Assembly: GCA_035627835.1 (NCBI GenBank)
Contig: DASPKX010000069.1
Coordinates: 10,451 to 74,450 of the forward strand
Length of the DNA stretch: 64,000 nt
Reading direction: 5' to 3'
From: Candidatus Methylomirabilota bacterium
Lineage (GTDB): Bacteria > Verrucomicrobiota > Verrucomicrobiia > Limisphaerales > SXQI01
The position numbers were made by a program, and so were the translations under genes. Numbering within the stretch: position 1 is the first letter of the stretch; the number at the start of each line of letters is the position of its first letter. A model generated the notes under the pieces. That model was not told the origin of the DNA. It did not search any database and worked only from the letters and a program-made list of their open reading frames with translations. Shown here piece by piece: positions 9,535 through 18,004 of this stretch.

Positions 9535-10116
9535 GTGAAACGACTCTGCGTCTTCTGCGGCTCCAATCCTGGCTTTAATCCCGCATATCGTGAGGCAGCC
9601 ACCGCTCTCGGCTCCCTCCTCGCTGAGCGGCATATCGAACTCGTATTCGGCGGCGGCCACATCGGCCTGATGGGCGCCGTCGCGGATGCCGTCCTACGCG
9701 CAGGCGGTCACGTCATCGGGGTGATCCCGCATGCTCTTGTGGCGCGTGAACTGGCTCACACTGGCATCCAGGATCTGCGCGCGGTGAACTCAATGCACGA
9801 GCGCAAAGCCTTGATGGCCGAGCTTTCCGATGGCTTTATTGCCCTTCCTGGCGGCTACGGAACATTTGAAGAATTCTTTGAAATCATCACGTGGGGCCAA
9901 TTGGGCATCCACCACAAACCGTGCGGCCTTTTGAATATCCAAGGTTATTACACTCCCCTGCTCCAATTAGTTGAGATGGGCGTGAAAGAAGGCTTCATCC
10001 CCGAAAGCCATCGGGAACTGGTGCTCGTGGAAAGTACCCCGACAGGTCTTCTCGAAAAGATGCAAGGCTACCACTCGCCCGCCACCGCGAAATGGATGGG
10101 CCTGTCGCAAACCTGA
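9535..10116 (+). CDS. LOG-family / TIGR00730-type Rossmann protein (cytokinin riboside 5'-monophosphate phosphoribohydrolase family)
   Basis: 193 aa. It carries GGGHIGLMG and LPGGYGTFEEFFE (the PGGxGTxxE signature) in the canonical order. Confidence 0.85.
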   Translation: MKRLCVFCGSNPGFNPAYREAATALGSLLAERHIELVFGGGHIGLMGAVADAVLRAGGHVIGVIPHALVARELAHTGIQDLRAVNSMHERKALMAELSDGFIALPGGYGTFEEFFEIITWGQLGIHHKPCGLLNIQGYYTPLLQLVEMGVKEGFIPESHRELVLVESTPTGLLEKMQGYHSPATAKWMGLSQT

Positions 10117-10131
10117 GCCCGGAGTAAAGAA

Positions 10132-10161
10132 AACGCCCGCTCCAGTGAAGGAGCGGGCGTT
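10132..10161. terminator. 12-bp perfect hairpin between convergent genes
   Basis: aacgcccgctcc-agtgaa-ggagcgggcgtt. On the minus strand it is followed by a T-rich run (ttctttact), so it best fits a terminator for the LamG gene. It also lies 16 nt after the LOG stop. Confidence 0.7.
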
Positions 10162-10185
10162 GTGCAACTTAACCTATGCAGTGAA

Positions 10186-12960
10186 TTATGGCCTGCGGAG
10201 GCGGAAGAACCGCATGCGGCCTTCCAGAGGAACTGTCGCGCCGGTGGCAGTCGCGCCACTGACAGCAGTCCAGTTCGCGCCAGATCCCAGCGTCGTTGCG
10301 CTTTCCAGCACAAAGCCGGTGGAAGCAGGGAAGCTCAGGACCAGGTTGTTCCCGCTGATGCTCGCCGTAATCTTCGGCGCCGCAACAGGCAGGTTGTTCG
10401 GCCCCGCCGCAAACGACGCGGCCGCTTGCGAAGGAGTCATAGCGCCTGAGTAGAGACGGAACTCATTGAACTTGCCGCTCCAGTAAGCATCGGCAACGAA
10501 CTGGGATCGGCCCAGCCAGTTGTTAACGTCTTCTCCAGCTAAATCAGAGAGAGGACGTGAGGCAGCGCCTTGGCTCACAGGGACACCGTTGAAGAACAAA
10601 CGCGAGGTGTTGCCGCTGTTGCTCCAGCTAATCGCGACATGCGTTTCTTCGTTGGCCGGCAGCCAGGCTGGTGGCTGTGGATCCAAAGTTTGAATAACTC
10701 CAGTGTCAGGGAAGTTAGCTTCAAAGCGTGGGAAACCATCACCCATGCGCGGCGTGAGGAAGATATAGTCCACACCGTTGCCTGATGCGTCCTCACCTTG
10801 ATCGCTGACGCCGAAGTCCATGATGCGAGTCCAGATGGCGGCGCTTTGATGCGTGATCCACATTTCAATGGTGCCATCCTGACCAAGGCCGCTCAGGATG
10901 CCGTTCGGGAGATCTGCATAACCATCAGCCCCGTCGAGCACCAGTTGCCCTTCGGAAACCGATGCGCCACCGACCAGCGCTCCATCTTTGCCGCCGATCG
11001 AATCACGAGCCACGCCACCTTCGTTGAAGCTGTAGCGGTGCTTTAATGTGACCGTTGGGCTAGAGACGTTGAGCGTGGCTGGGGAACTGGTGACAGTCAC
11101 TGGAGCCCCGTTGACAGTGTTTGAAACACGAGCCGTGAAGACCGCACCATTGTCAGCGGCTGTCACGTTATCCACCACGAGTGTTGGCGAGGTTGCCCCC
11201 GCGATGACAGTCCCATTCCGAAGCCATTGAATTGAGACGGGCGAAGATCCCTGCACTCGCACTGTAAACGTCGCACGACTCGTTTCAGGAATCGTCAGGC
11301 TTTGCGGCTGTGAAATCACCACCACAGCCGAATCGGCGTTATTGAGTTGGTTAGGACCTGCGCCAGCGCTGCCCAGAGCTTGTCCAGCTGTCAGCGCATA
11401 GTCATAAATGCGCACCTCGTCATATTCGATTTGGGCGTTCTGATCGCCTGTCCAATTGGAGCGGCCAAGCCACACGTTCACATCATTGATGTCGCTCATT
11501 TTGTCGTCCGTCGTCATGGTGCTGACTTGAACGCCATTTTCATACGCAATGATGCGTCCGGTTGCCTCATCCCATGTGACGACGACATGCGTGTCCTGGT
11601 TGAAGGTGGCTGTTGGGTTGTCGATGGTGACGATGCCACCACCAGCTGGATCTTCGTTGCGCAGCTCTAAACGGCGTTGCCCCACATTGTTGTCGACTTG
11701 CGTGGTGTACGCGAAGTAATCGCGGCCTTCACCACCGCCCCCCGGACCGAGCACTTCCTCAGTGCCTTCAGCGGTGCCGCTGGACCCAATGTCGAAAATG
11801 CGTCCCCAGGTTCTGCCGCCAGTGATCTTAATGAAGGCCTCAAACGAGAAGCCGCCTGAACCACTGTTGGCAACACCGTTTGATGAAAGCAATCCATTTG
11901 GCAGATCCCCGTAAGCAGCCTCCCCCGATGGGCCGCCTGGAAGCACCAAACGTGTTCCGGTGAATGTCGCTCCCGCCCCAAGCACGGTCCCATGTGCGGT
12001 TTGCGCGCTGTCCATAAATTGCCTGTCAGTCGCATCACCCGCCGCTTCGTTGAAGGAGTAGCGATGCACTGGAGCTTTCGTCAATCGTGCTGGCGCCACT
12101 GGCTCTGGCGGTGGTGGCTGCGTCGGATCTATGAACGCCGCCTTCTCAGCATTGTAATTCGCGGCAATTTGCGCGGGCGTCAACACTCCGTCATGCACAC
12201 GCACGCGCCCGATCGCGCCAGTGAATCTCAAGCCACCCGTAACTGTGGTTCCGTCCGGCTCCGTCTGCGCGCCCAGCAAAATAGTGGTGTCTGGATGCGT
12301 GAAAATTGCGCCTTCACCCAGATATTCCCCGTTCACCAAAGCGCCATCGGAATAAACACGGGTGGTTGTCCCATCATAGGTGTAAACCAAATGGTGCCAG
12401 CGATTGATGGCAGGACCGCCGCCCGTATTGTTCCAGCCGATGTCTCGATTGCCCCAATGCCCAACAGCGCCCCAACGGAAATCAGAGCCGTAATTGAAGG
12501 ACATATTGGAGCCATCAGGCGAGCCACCGCGCTTGCCCCATGAAACCATTGTTTCCTCACCATCGTATGGCAGTTGGTTTAATGCCCAAACTTCGATGGA
12601 ACGCGTTGGGTTTTCACCGGTCAGCCCCTCGGGAGCAAGGATTGGCGAGCCGCCCACAGCGCTCATATGCTGCAGGAAGTCGTTGCCGTCGAAGCGCATG
12701 GCTTTTGTTCCACCGATCGTCGTAACAACAGGGGCATTCGTTGGATCGGCAGTGGCTGCAAACACGCCGCCGAGCGTCCCAGCGTTTGCAAGGCTTGTCA
12801 CTGGCCCGTCAGGAAGAGCGGTTGCGTCAACGTTCACGAAGAGTGTGCCCGCGCTTTGGATCTGCGCTTGCAACTCTGTCACGACGCCTGCTGCCATCAA
12901 TGCGGCCGTCAGAGCTGGCAACGCCAGACTCCGAGACCGATGGGGAGGATTTCGTCTCAT
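10186..12960 (-). CDS. secreted protein with three LamG/concanavalin-like domains, one Ig (I-set-like) domain and a C-terminal FFRL tail
   Basis: Start chosen at MRRNPPHRSRSLALPALTAALMAAGVVTELQA (signal peptide). The track ORF starts 23 codons upstream. The repeated LamG entry motif HRYSFNE occurs twice. LamG-like ends are RVHDGVLTPAQ, RIYDYALTAGQ and RLYSGAMTPSQ. The Ig-like segment is VISQPQSLTIPETSRATFTVRVQGSSPVSIQWLRNG. It ends RMRFFRLRRP. Confidence 0.8.
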   Translation of the reverse strand: MRRNPPHRSRSLALPALTAALMAAGVVTELQAQIQSAGTLFVNVDATALPDGPVTSLANAGTLGGVFAATADPTNAPVVTTIGGTKAMRFDGNDFLQHMSAVGGSPILAPEGLTGENPTRSIEVWALNQLPYDGEETMVSWGKRGGSPDGSNMSFNYGSDFRWGAVGHWGNRDIGWNNTGGGPAINRWHHLVYTYDGTTTRVYSDGALVNGEYLGEGAIFTHPDTTILLGAQTEPDGTTVTGGLRFTGAIGRVRVHDGVLTPAQIAANYNAEKAAFIDPTQPPPPEPVAPARLTKAPVHRYSFNEAAGDATDRQFMDSAQTAHGTVLGAGATFTGTRLVLPGGPSGEAAYGDLPNGLLSSNGVANSGSGGFSFEAFIKITGGRTWGRIFDIGSSGTAEGTEEVLGPGGGGEGRDYFAYTTQVDNNVGQRRLELRNEDPAGGGIVTIDNPTATFNQDTHVVVTWDEATGRIIAYENGVQVSTMTTDDKMSDINDVNVWLGRSNWTGDQNAQIEYDEVRIYDYALTAGQALGSAGAGPNQLNNADSAVVVISQPQSLTIPETSRATFTVRVQGSSPVSIQWLRNGTVIAGATSPTLVVDNVTAADNGAVFTARVSNTVNGAPVTVTSSPATLNVSSPTVTLKHRYSFNEGGVARDSIGGKDGALVGGASVSEGQLVLDGADGYADLPNGILSGLGQDGTIEMWITHQSAAIWTRIMDFGVSDQGEDASGNGVDYIFLTPRMGDGFPRFEANFPDTGVIQTLDPQPPAWLPANEETHVAISWSNSGNTSRLFFNGVPVSQGAASRPLSDLAGEDVNNWLGRSQFVADAYWSGKFNEFRLYSGAMTPSQAAASFAAGPNNLPVAAPKITASISGNNLVLSFPASTGFVLESATTLGSGANWTAVSGATATGATVPLEGRMRFFRLRRP

Positions 12961-13286
12961 TGGTTTATTTATGGGTTGTGGACTCTGCAATCCCGCGCCG
13001 CGCGTCGCCAAATGACAACAGGTCGCCATTTAGCGAAGCGCTTAACCTAAATCAACGCGGGTTTTGCCGAGAGTAGTCAGAACTTGCCACACCAGCCAGA
13101 AGATATTGCGCACGGAACTTGCACTTTTCCGCACAGCAAAACCTCGCCTCCCCCCCCCGCTCTATGGCCTGCCACCTTCTGGACGGAGCGAACAAATCTC
13201 CCCTTTCCTTGACGGGTGGAACAGCGCTTGCTTAACTCGCGCGCAAGCAGGGATTTCTTACTTTTGTTCCTGCTGGTTGAGACTAA

Positions 13287-13637
13287 ATGCCCACGTACCA
13301 ATACGCCTGTTCGAAATGTGACCATGAATTTGACCTCTTCCAGTCCATGACGGAAGAGGCCCTGAAGGTTTGTCCCAAAGAGAAATGCCCCTGCAAACCA
13401 TGGGGCAAGGGGAAGGTGAAGCGGGTCATCGGCGCTGGCGCTGGACTCATTTTTAAGGGCAGCGGCTTTTACATCACTGATTACCGCAGCGAGAGTTATA
13501 AAGAGGCCGCAAAGAAGGACGCCTCCGCCGCCACCTCCTCCAGTTCCGAGAAGTCTTCCAGTTCATCGGACAGCTCGAAGCCTGCCGCAACCCCGAAAAC
13601 CGAAGCAAAGAAGGAGAAGAAACCCTCCTCAAGTTAA
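13287..13637 (+). CDS. FmdB-family zinc-ribbon protein with a Ser/Lys-rich tail
   Basis: MPTYQYACSKCDHEFDLFQSM...CPKEKC matches the CxxC...CxxC FmdB/TIGR02605 N-terminus. GSGFYITDYRS block is present. The low-complexity tail is SSSSEKSSSSSDSSKP. Confidence 0.85.
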   Translation: MPTYQYACSKCDHEFDLFQSMTEEALKVCPKEKCPCKPWGKGKVKRVIGAGAGLIFKGSGFYITDYRSESYKEAAKKDASAATSSSSEKSSSSSDSSKPAATPKTEAKKEKKPSSS

Positions 13638-13640
13638 ATT

Positions 13641-14360
13641 ATGGCAAAGAAAGCCGGCCGAGTGTCCAGAGGCGGTGGGAAGCGCAGGTGGCTTGCCCTC
13701 CTTCTCATTCTCGTCGGCATCCTCGCTGCCGCAGGGGCATATCTTTTCTTCCAGGTCACAGCCGACGTTGAGACCCGCCTTCTGGATCCTGGCGACGGGT
13801 TGGACCTGGCCGAAGCCAATCGCAAGCTCAAGGTTCTGGACGATGCCACTAAACGCCAGGCGAAAGGCTTCATTCGGTTGAGCGAGCCGGAGATCAATGC
13901 GCACCTCGCGCACGTTTATAAAGGCGCGACCAACAAGCTTCCCGGGGGCCTCGCCCATCAGAGGACTGCCATCAACCTTGGCCCGGATCACATCACCCTC
14001 TTCAGTTGGGTTGGCAAGGACATACCGCTCATGCCGGTGAAAGTCGCGTGGCAGCGCACCTTTGAGCTAAAGAAAACAGGCGCGCTTCAACAGTTTCGCC
14101 TCACCTCGATGAAGCTCGGCAACCTGGCCATCCCACCCGAGGAATGGGACCGCGTCTATAGCCTTCTTGGGGCCGTGGACTCCGTTTACACCAATGAATT
14201 GGGCCGCTTGGCCAAGCTTCCAGCGCTCGAATTGCGCAGCGTTGCAGGAGGACGCGGTTTTGAAGCCCGGCTCTACAATTACGACCCAACCCTGAGCAGC
14301 GTCATTCCCGGAATGCCACCGGTCACCAACGTGAACGGCTCGCTGCCCCGCAGGCGATGA
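13641..14360 (+). CDS. membrane-anchored hypothetical protein
   Basis: 239-aa ORF starting 3 nt after the FmdB stop. It has one N-terminal TM (WLALLLILVGILAAAGAYLFF). I recognise no family. Confidence 0.6.
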   Translation: MAKKAGRVSRGGGKRRWLALLLILVGILAAAGAYLFFQVTADVETRLLDPGDGLDLAEANRKLKVLDDATKRQAKGFIRLSEPEINAHLAHVYKGATNKLPGGLAHQRTAINLGPDHITLFSWVGKDIPLMPVKVAWQRTFELKKTGALQQFRLTSMKLGNLAIPPEEWDRVYSLLGAVDSVYTNELGRLAKLPALELRSVAGGRGFEARLYNYDPTLSSVIPGMPPVTNVNGSLPRRR

Positions 14361-15712
14361 TCGCTTTACCTCCGTTGTTCGCCGCGTGCCTGGCGCTGGC
14401 GTGTCTGCTGCTCCCCCCAACTCTCGCAGCCACGCCAAGAGGTCCAGGCCTTCGCGCCGCCCCTTTCTCCGTCAGCAGCTCCGGCCAATTCCGTGTTCGC
14501 CTCCAACAACAGGAGGAGATTCGCGAACCCATGCGCGATGGCGAGGTCTACCTGGAGGTGTCCTTCGTCGCTGTTTCCGCTGAGCGCGTTAAAAAAGCCC
14601 TCCTGCGCGAACTCAAGCTCGCTGATCAATTCCAAGGCAAAATTCATCTGGCGATCTCCCCGGCCCGCTCCAGCCACGAGATCATACCCGTGGTTGCCTC
14701 ACTCCAGCGAGATGGCTGGCAATACGCCGTTGAACTCCCCCAGCGGATTGGCGAGATAGCTTTCGTTCGCGCCATCACACATGCTTTGCTTCTGGAGATT
14801 GCGAACCGCCACTCACAAACGCGCTCCGCTGAAATCCCCCTCTGGCTTGGCGAAGGCCTTGCCCAGAAGCTCCTCTACGAAGTGGGTGGCGGATTTCTAA
14901 TGAAGCCGGAAACCTACGTGGACCAAACGAAGATCCGCTTCGATCCGGGATTCTTTTTCCGTGAACTCAAGCCCGGCCTGAAACTCATGAACTTCAGCGA
15001 GCTGAGTTCCACCTCGGCCACCCAGTTGACTAATGAAGCGGTCCAAAGGTTTATCGCCACGACTGTCGTTTTCGTCAGCGAACTCCTGGAGATCCAAAAT
15101 GGCGCTGAGCGCCTCGTCACCACGCTTCAAAACCTGCCGCATCGCTGGAATTGGCAAACCGCATTTCTCGAGGGTTTCCATCCCCACTTCAGGACGCTGC
15201 TGGACGTGGAGAAATGGTGGTCTGTCTCCCTCACGGATTTAGCCAGCCATCAAACTCGCCTGGCCACCGCGAGCGAAAGTGTTCTTGACCCGCTCGAAGC
15301 ACTGCTCACCGCCACCTTGCAGCAACGCTCCACTACCAACGCCCTTCCTGACGAACGCACCGTGACACTGCAGGAGTTCATTCGGGAGACGGAGTTTAGC
15401 GCGCAACGCGAAGTTCTCCGTCAGAAGATTGCCCAGCTCGTGGCTCTTCAGTTCCGCAGCCGCGCCGAGGTGATGAACCTTAGCGATCGCTACCGAGCGG
15501 CGCTGGAGGCGTATTTTGAAGCGCGCGACACGACGCAGCCAGTGGGGTCATTGCGGCTTCCGGCTCCCGCTCAAGGGCGCGCCGCGGTTGAAAAAGTCCT
15601 GCGCGAGCTGGATGCGCTCGATGGGGATCGCAAAAAGCTTCGGCAACAATTTGCCGACATTTCCTCGCCGAATATCGACCCGCGCGTCCGCGACCCCCGC
15701 CGCCAACGCTGA
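14357..15712 (+). CDS. secreted hypothetical protein with a degenerate peptidase-MA-like core
   Basis: 451-aa ORF with an ATGA overlap to the upstream gene and a signal-like N-terminus. The segment AITHALLLEIANRHSQTRSAEIPLWLGEGLAQ resembles the HExxH...P-W-(x)-EG-A layout of MA-type/DUF1570-like domains, but HExxH is replaced by HALLL. Confidence 0.6.
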   Translation: MIALPPLFAACLALACLLLPPTLAATPRGPGLRAAPFSVSSSGQFRVRLQQQEEIREPMRDGEVYLEVSFVAVSAERVKKALLRELKLADQFQGKIHLAISPARSSHEIIPVVASLQRDGWQYAVELPQRIGEIAFVRAITHALLLEIANRHSQTRSAEIPLWLGEGLAQKLLYEVGGGFLMKPETYVDQTKIRFDPGFFFRELKPGLKLMNFSELSSTSATQLTNEAVQRFIATTVVFVSELLEIQNGAERLVTTLQNLPHRWNWQTAFLEGFHPHFRTLLDVEKWWSVSLTDLASHQTRLATASESVLDPLEALLTATLQQRSTTNALPDERTVTLQEFIRETEFSAQREVLRQKIAQLVALQFRSRAEVMNLSDRYRAALEAYFEARDTTQPVGSLRLPAPAQGRAAVEKVLRELDALDGDRKKLRQQFADISSPNIDPRVRDPRRQR

Positions 15713-15831
15713 GAGACGCACAATGCGGGCACGCCATAGCGGCAGCCGAGCACGCCAGATTTGGTGATCAGGGGGAAGGAATTGCCAAGGCTTGCCGACG
15801 GCGCACGCCCTCCGTAACCTCTCAGCATCCC

Positions 15832-16590
15832 ATGAACACCACCCTTGCCGCGTTCCTCGCGCTCGCCCTCACCGCCGCCTCGGCTCTAGCGGCTGATACC
15901 GCCGCTGTGAGCGGCTCTTCAACAAATGACTGGGTCCAGCTCTTCGACGGCAAGACCCTGAACGGTTGGCATGTTAGCGCCAAGACAGGCCACAGCCGCG
16001 CGAGCAAGAACACCACTGGGGGCAAGTGGGTTGTGCAGGAGGGCGCCATCACTGGCACCCAGGACATTCCGGGCAACGGTGGGATTCTGCTCACCGACGA
16101 AAAGTATTCGGACTTCGAGCTGATCGTTGAAATGAACAATGATTACGGGCCGGACAGCGGCATCTTCCTGCGCAGCGATGAGGAAGGCACTGCTTACCAG
16201 GCCCTCGTCGATTATCATCAAGGCGGCGCGCTTATGGGCTTCTACGGCGAAGGCAAACTCGGCGCAAAACCGAGCACTCGCAGCTTCGTTTTCGGCAGCG
16301 CTCCCGAGATCATTACCCCGAACGACCGCAGCGCGGTCAAACTCCCCGTCCTGCCCGAGTCCTGGAAGTTCTTCTGGCGGCATGGTCAATGGAACGAGTT
16401 CCGTGTGCGCATCGAGAACAATCCGCCGACCATCACCACCTGGCTTAATGGCGTGAAGTGGGACGAATGGAGTGAGCCGACCAAGCGCCATCCGGACGCA
16501 GGCTCGATTGCGCTACAGGTCCATGGCGGCGGCGATTGGACCAAGAGCTTCGTGCGTTACCGCAACATCAAGATCCGCAAGCTCAAGTGA
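15832..16590 (+). CDS. DUF1080 (3-keto-disaccharide hydrolase family) secreted protein
   Basis: 252 aa with a signal peptide. Family hallmarks: NDWVQLFDGKTLNGWHV, GGKWVVQEGAITG, YSDFELIVEM, GSIALQVHGGG...VRYRNIKIRKL. Confidence 0.85.
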   Translation: MNTTLAAFLALALTAASALAADTAAVSGSSTNDWVQLFDGKTLNGWHVSAKTGHSRASKNTTGGKWVVQEGAITGTQDIPGNGGILLTDEKYSDFELIVEMNNDYGPDSGIFLRSDEEGTAYQALVDYHQGGALMGFYGEGKLGAKPSTRSFVFGSAPEIITPNDRSAVKLPVLPESWKFFWRHGQWNEFRVRIENNPPTITTWLNGVKWDEWSEPTKRHPDAGSIALQVHGGGDWTKSFVRYRNIKIRKLK

Positions 16591-16957
16591 GGTGGCTCGC
16601 CTCACTTCGGCTCAATCGTTTCCGCCAGCGGTTGAGCCTCCAGAACGTCCAGCCGAAGAACAGCGCGCCGCAGGCGTTGACGCCGACCGTGTAGCCGAGC
16701 TTGTACGGAATGCCGTTGTTCTTTTCGGCGTAGATCGGAATGTCCCGCCCGAACATCAGGCCTGGCATCGCGCCCGGCATCAAGGCGCCGTGCAGCATTC
16801 CGGTGCCGAACCCAGCCAGCCCGCCTCGCTGCGCCAGCCAAGTGTTTGAGCGGTTCAGGATGAACGTCACCGCGATCGCAAAGATAGCCACCATGAACAC
16901 ACGGAAGGCGCCGCGGAGAATTTTAACAGCCCAGGTCGAGCCCGCAGGTTCGCTCAT
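16583..16957 (-). CDS. small polytopic membrane protein (hypothetical)
   Basis: Start chosen at MSEPAGSTW (ATG 16957), which makes an ATGA overlap with the GT2 stop. It has about 3 hydrophobic segments. The longer track ORF (to 17227) overlaps the GT2 gene in another frame. Confidence 0.55.
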   Translation of the reverse strand: MSEPAGSTWAVKILRGAFRVFMVAIFAIAVTFILNRSNTWLAQRGGLAGFGTGMLHGALMPGAMPGLMFGRDIPIYAEKNNGIPYKLGYTVGVNACGALFFGWTFWRLNRWRKRLSRSEASHLT

Positions 16958-17676
16958 AGCCGCGCAGTGTTGGCGTAAGCTGGGGCTTTGGCTTGCTTCG
17001 CCGCCACTCCCCGGCGCGTTCCACGCCACCACGCAAACCAGCGGATAGTGTCGCGAACAGGGCTGATCTTGCTCTGCTCGTTCGAGTAGATCACTTGCAC
17101 CGGAACGAAGCTCACGGGGAGCCCAGCTCGAACCCATTCCACCAGCATCTCGGATTCGTAATCGAAGCCCGTGGCGCTTAGTTCGAAGCCACTCCATGCG
17201 CCAAGGTGAACCAAACGAAAGCCGCACTGGGTGTCCGGCAGTTCAACGCCGGTGAGCGCAGAGATGCGGGCGCTCATCCACCAGTTCACGAACCGTCGCA
17301 ACCAAGGCATCCCCTTCGGATTCGCCATGCGGTTGCCGATATGCAGGGCTGGCGTGGCGCGGCGCTGGGCGAGGAACTTGCTGATGTCTGCCGGGGCATG
17401 CTGGCCATCGCCATCCATGCAGAGCGCCCAGGTGCATCCGACTTCCCTGGCGTGGGTAAGCCCGGCTTTTAAGGCTGCGCCTTTGCCTTTGGACTCGGGA
17501 TGCCTGAGAACGACAGCGCCGCATCTAGCAGCGCGGGCGCTGGTGTCATCACTCGAACCGTCATCAATGACCACGACGGTTTCGACGTGCTCCATCGCCG
17601 CGCGCACCAGCTTGGTGATTGCGGCCGATTCGTTTCGGCAGGGAATCACGATGGCGGTGCGTTCAGCGACTCGCAT
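16954..17676 (-). CDS. family 2 glycosyltransferase (polyprenol-phosphate glycosyltransferase-like)
   Basis: AIVIPCRNESAAI...VVVIDDGSSDDTSARAA...KGKGAALKAGL...CMDGDGQH is the GT-A/GT2 signature. ATG at 17676 chosen; a TTG two codons upstream is possible. Confidence 0.85.
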   Translation of the reverse strand: MRVAERTAIVIPCRNESAAITKLVRAAMEHVETVVVIDDGSSDDTSARAARCGAVVLRHPESKGKGAALKAGLTHAREVGCTWALCMDGDGQHAPADISKFLAQRRATPALHIGNRMANPKGMPWLRRFVNWWMSARISALTGVELPDTQCGFRLVHLGAWSGFELSATGFDYESEMLVEWVRAGLPVSFVPVQVIYSNEQSKISPVRDTIRWFAWWRGTRRGVAAKQAKAPAYANTARL

Positions 17677-17712
17677 GCTCAAACTGTACCTTCTCGGCTC
17701 GGGCCTCCAAGG

Positions 17713-17758
17713 CTAAAAAACATTCAGCCCGACAGCTCCAGAGGAACTGCCGGGCTGA
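17713..17758 (-). terminator. strong rho-independent terminator on the minus strand
   Basis: The minus-strand RNA ucagcccggcaguuccucuggagcugucgggcuga forms a hairpin of about 15 bp (including G-U pairs), followed by auguuuuuuag. It lies about 245 nt after the Gfo/Idh/MocA stop and about 37 nt before the GT2 start. Confidence 0.7.
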
Positions 17759-18004
17759 TAAGTGTTTTCCTGGGTTAACCCTGGCGCTCGTGGCGAGCGA
17801 GGTTTTCCCATTTTTCAAACCAGTCGGAGTTCCGCCAATCGTTTGTCTGAATCGCGTCGTTCATGGCAATATACTGCCACTGACCTTCGCGGGGCGCGAC
17901 GCGTGTTGCGGCCTGCGATTCCTTCCTGCTCGAGCCGCAGAAGAAGTCCAATAGGCGAATAGACCGTCCCCTAAGCGGTTCTCAGGGTTAGGGAATTCAG
18001 CGAA

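Noticed and set aside
16958-17227. 90-codon upstream extension of the small membrane protein ORF.
   Set aside because: It overlaps the well-supported GT2 gene in another frame. The internal ATG gives the ATGA coupling seen elsewhere in this window.
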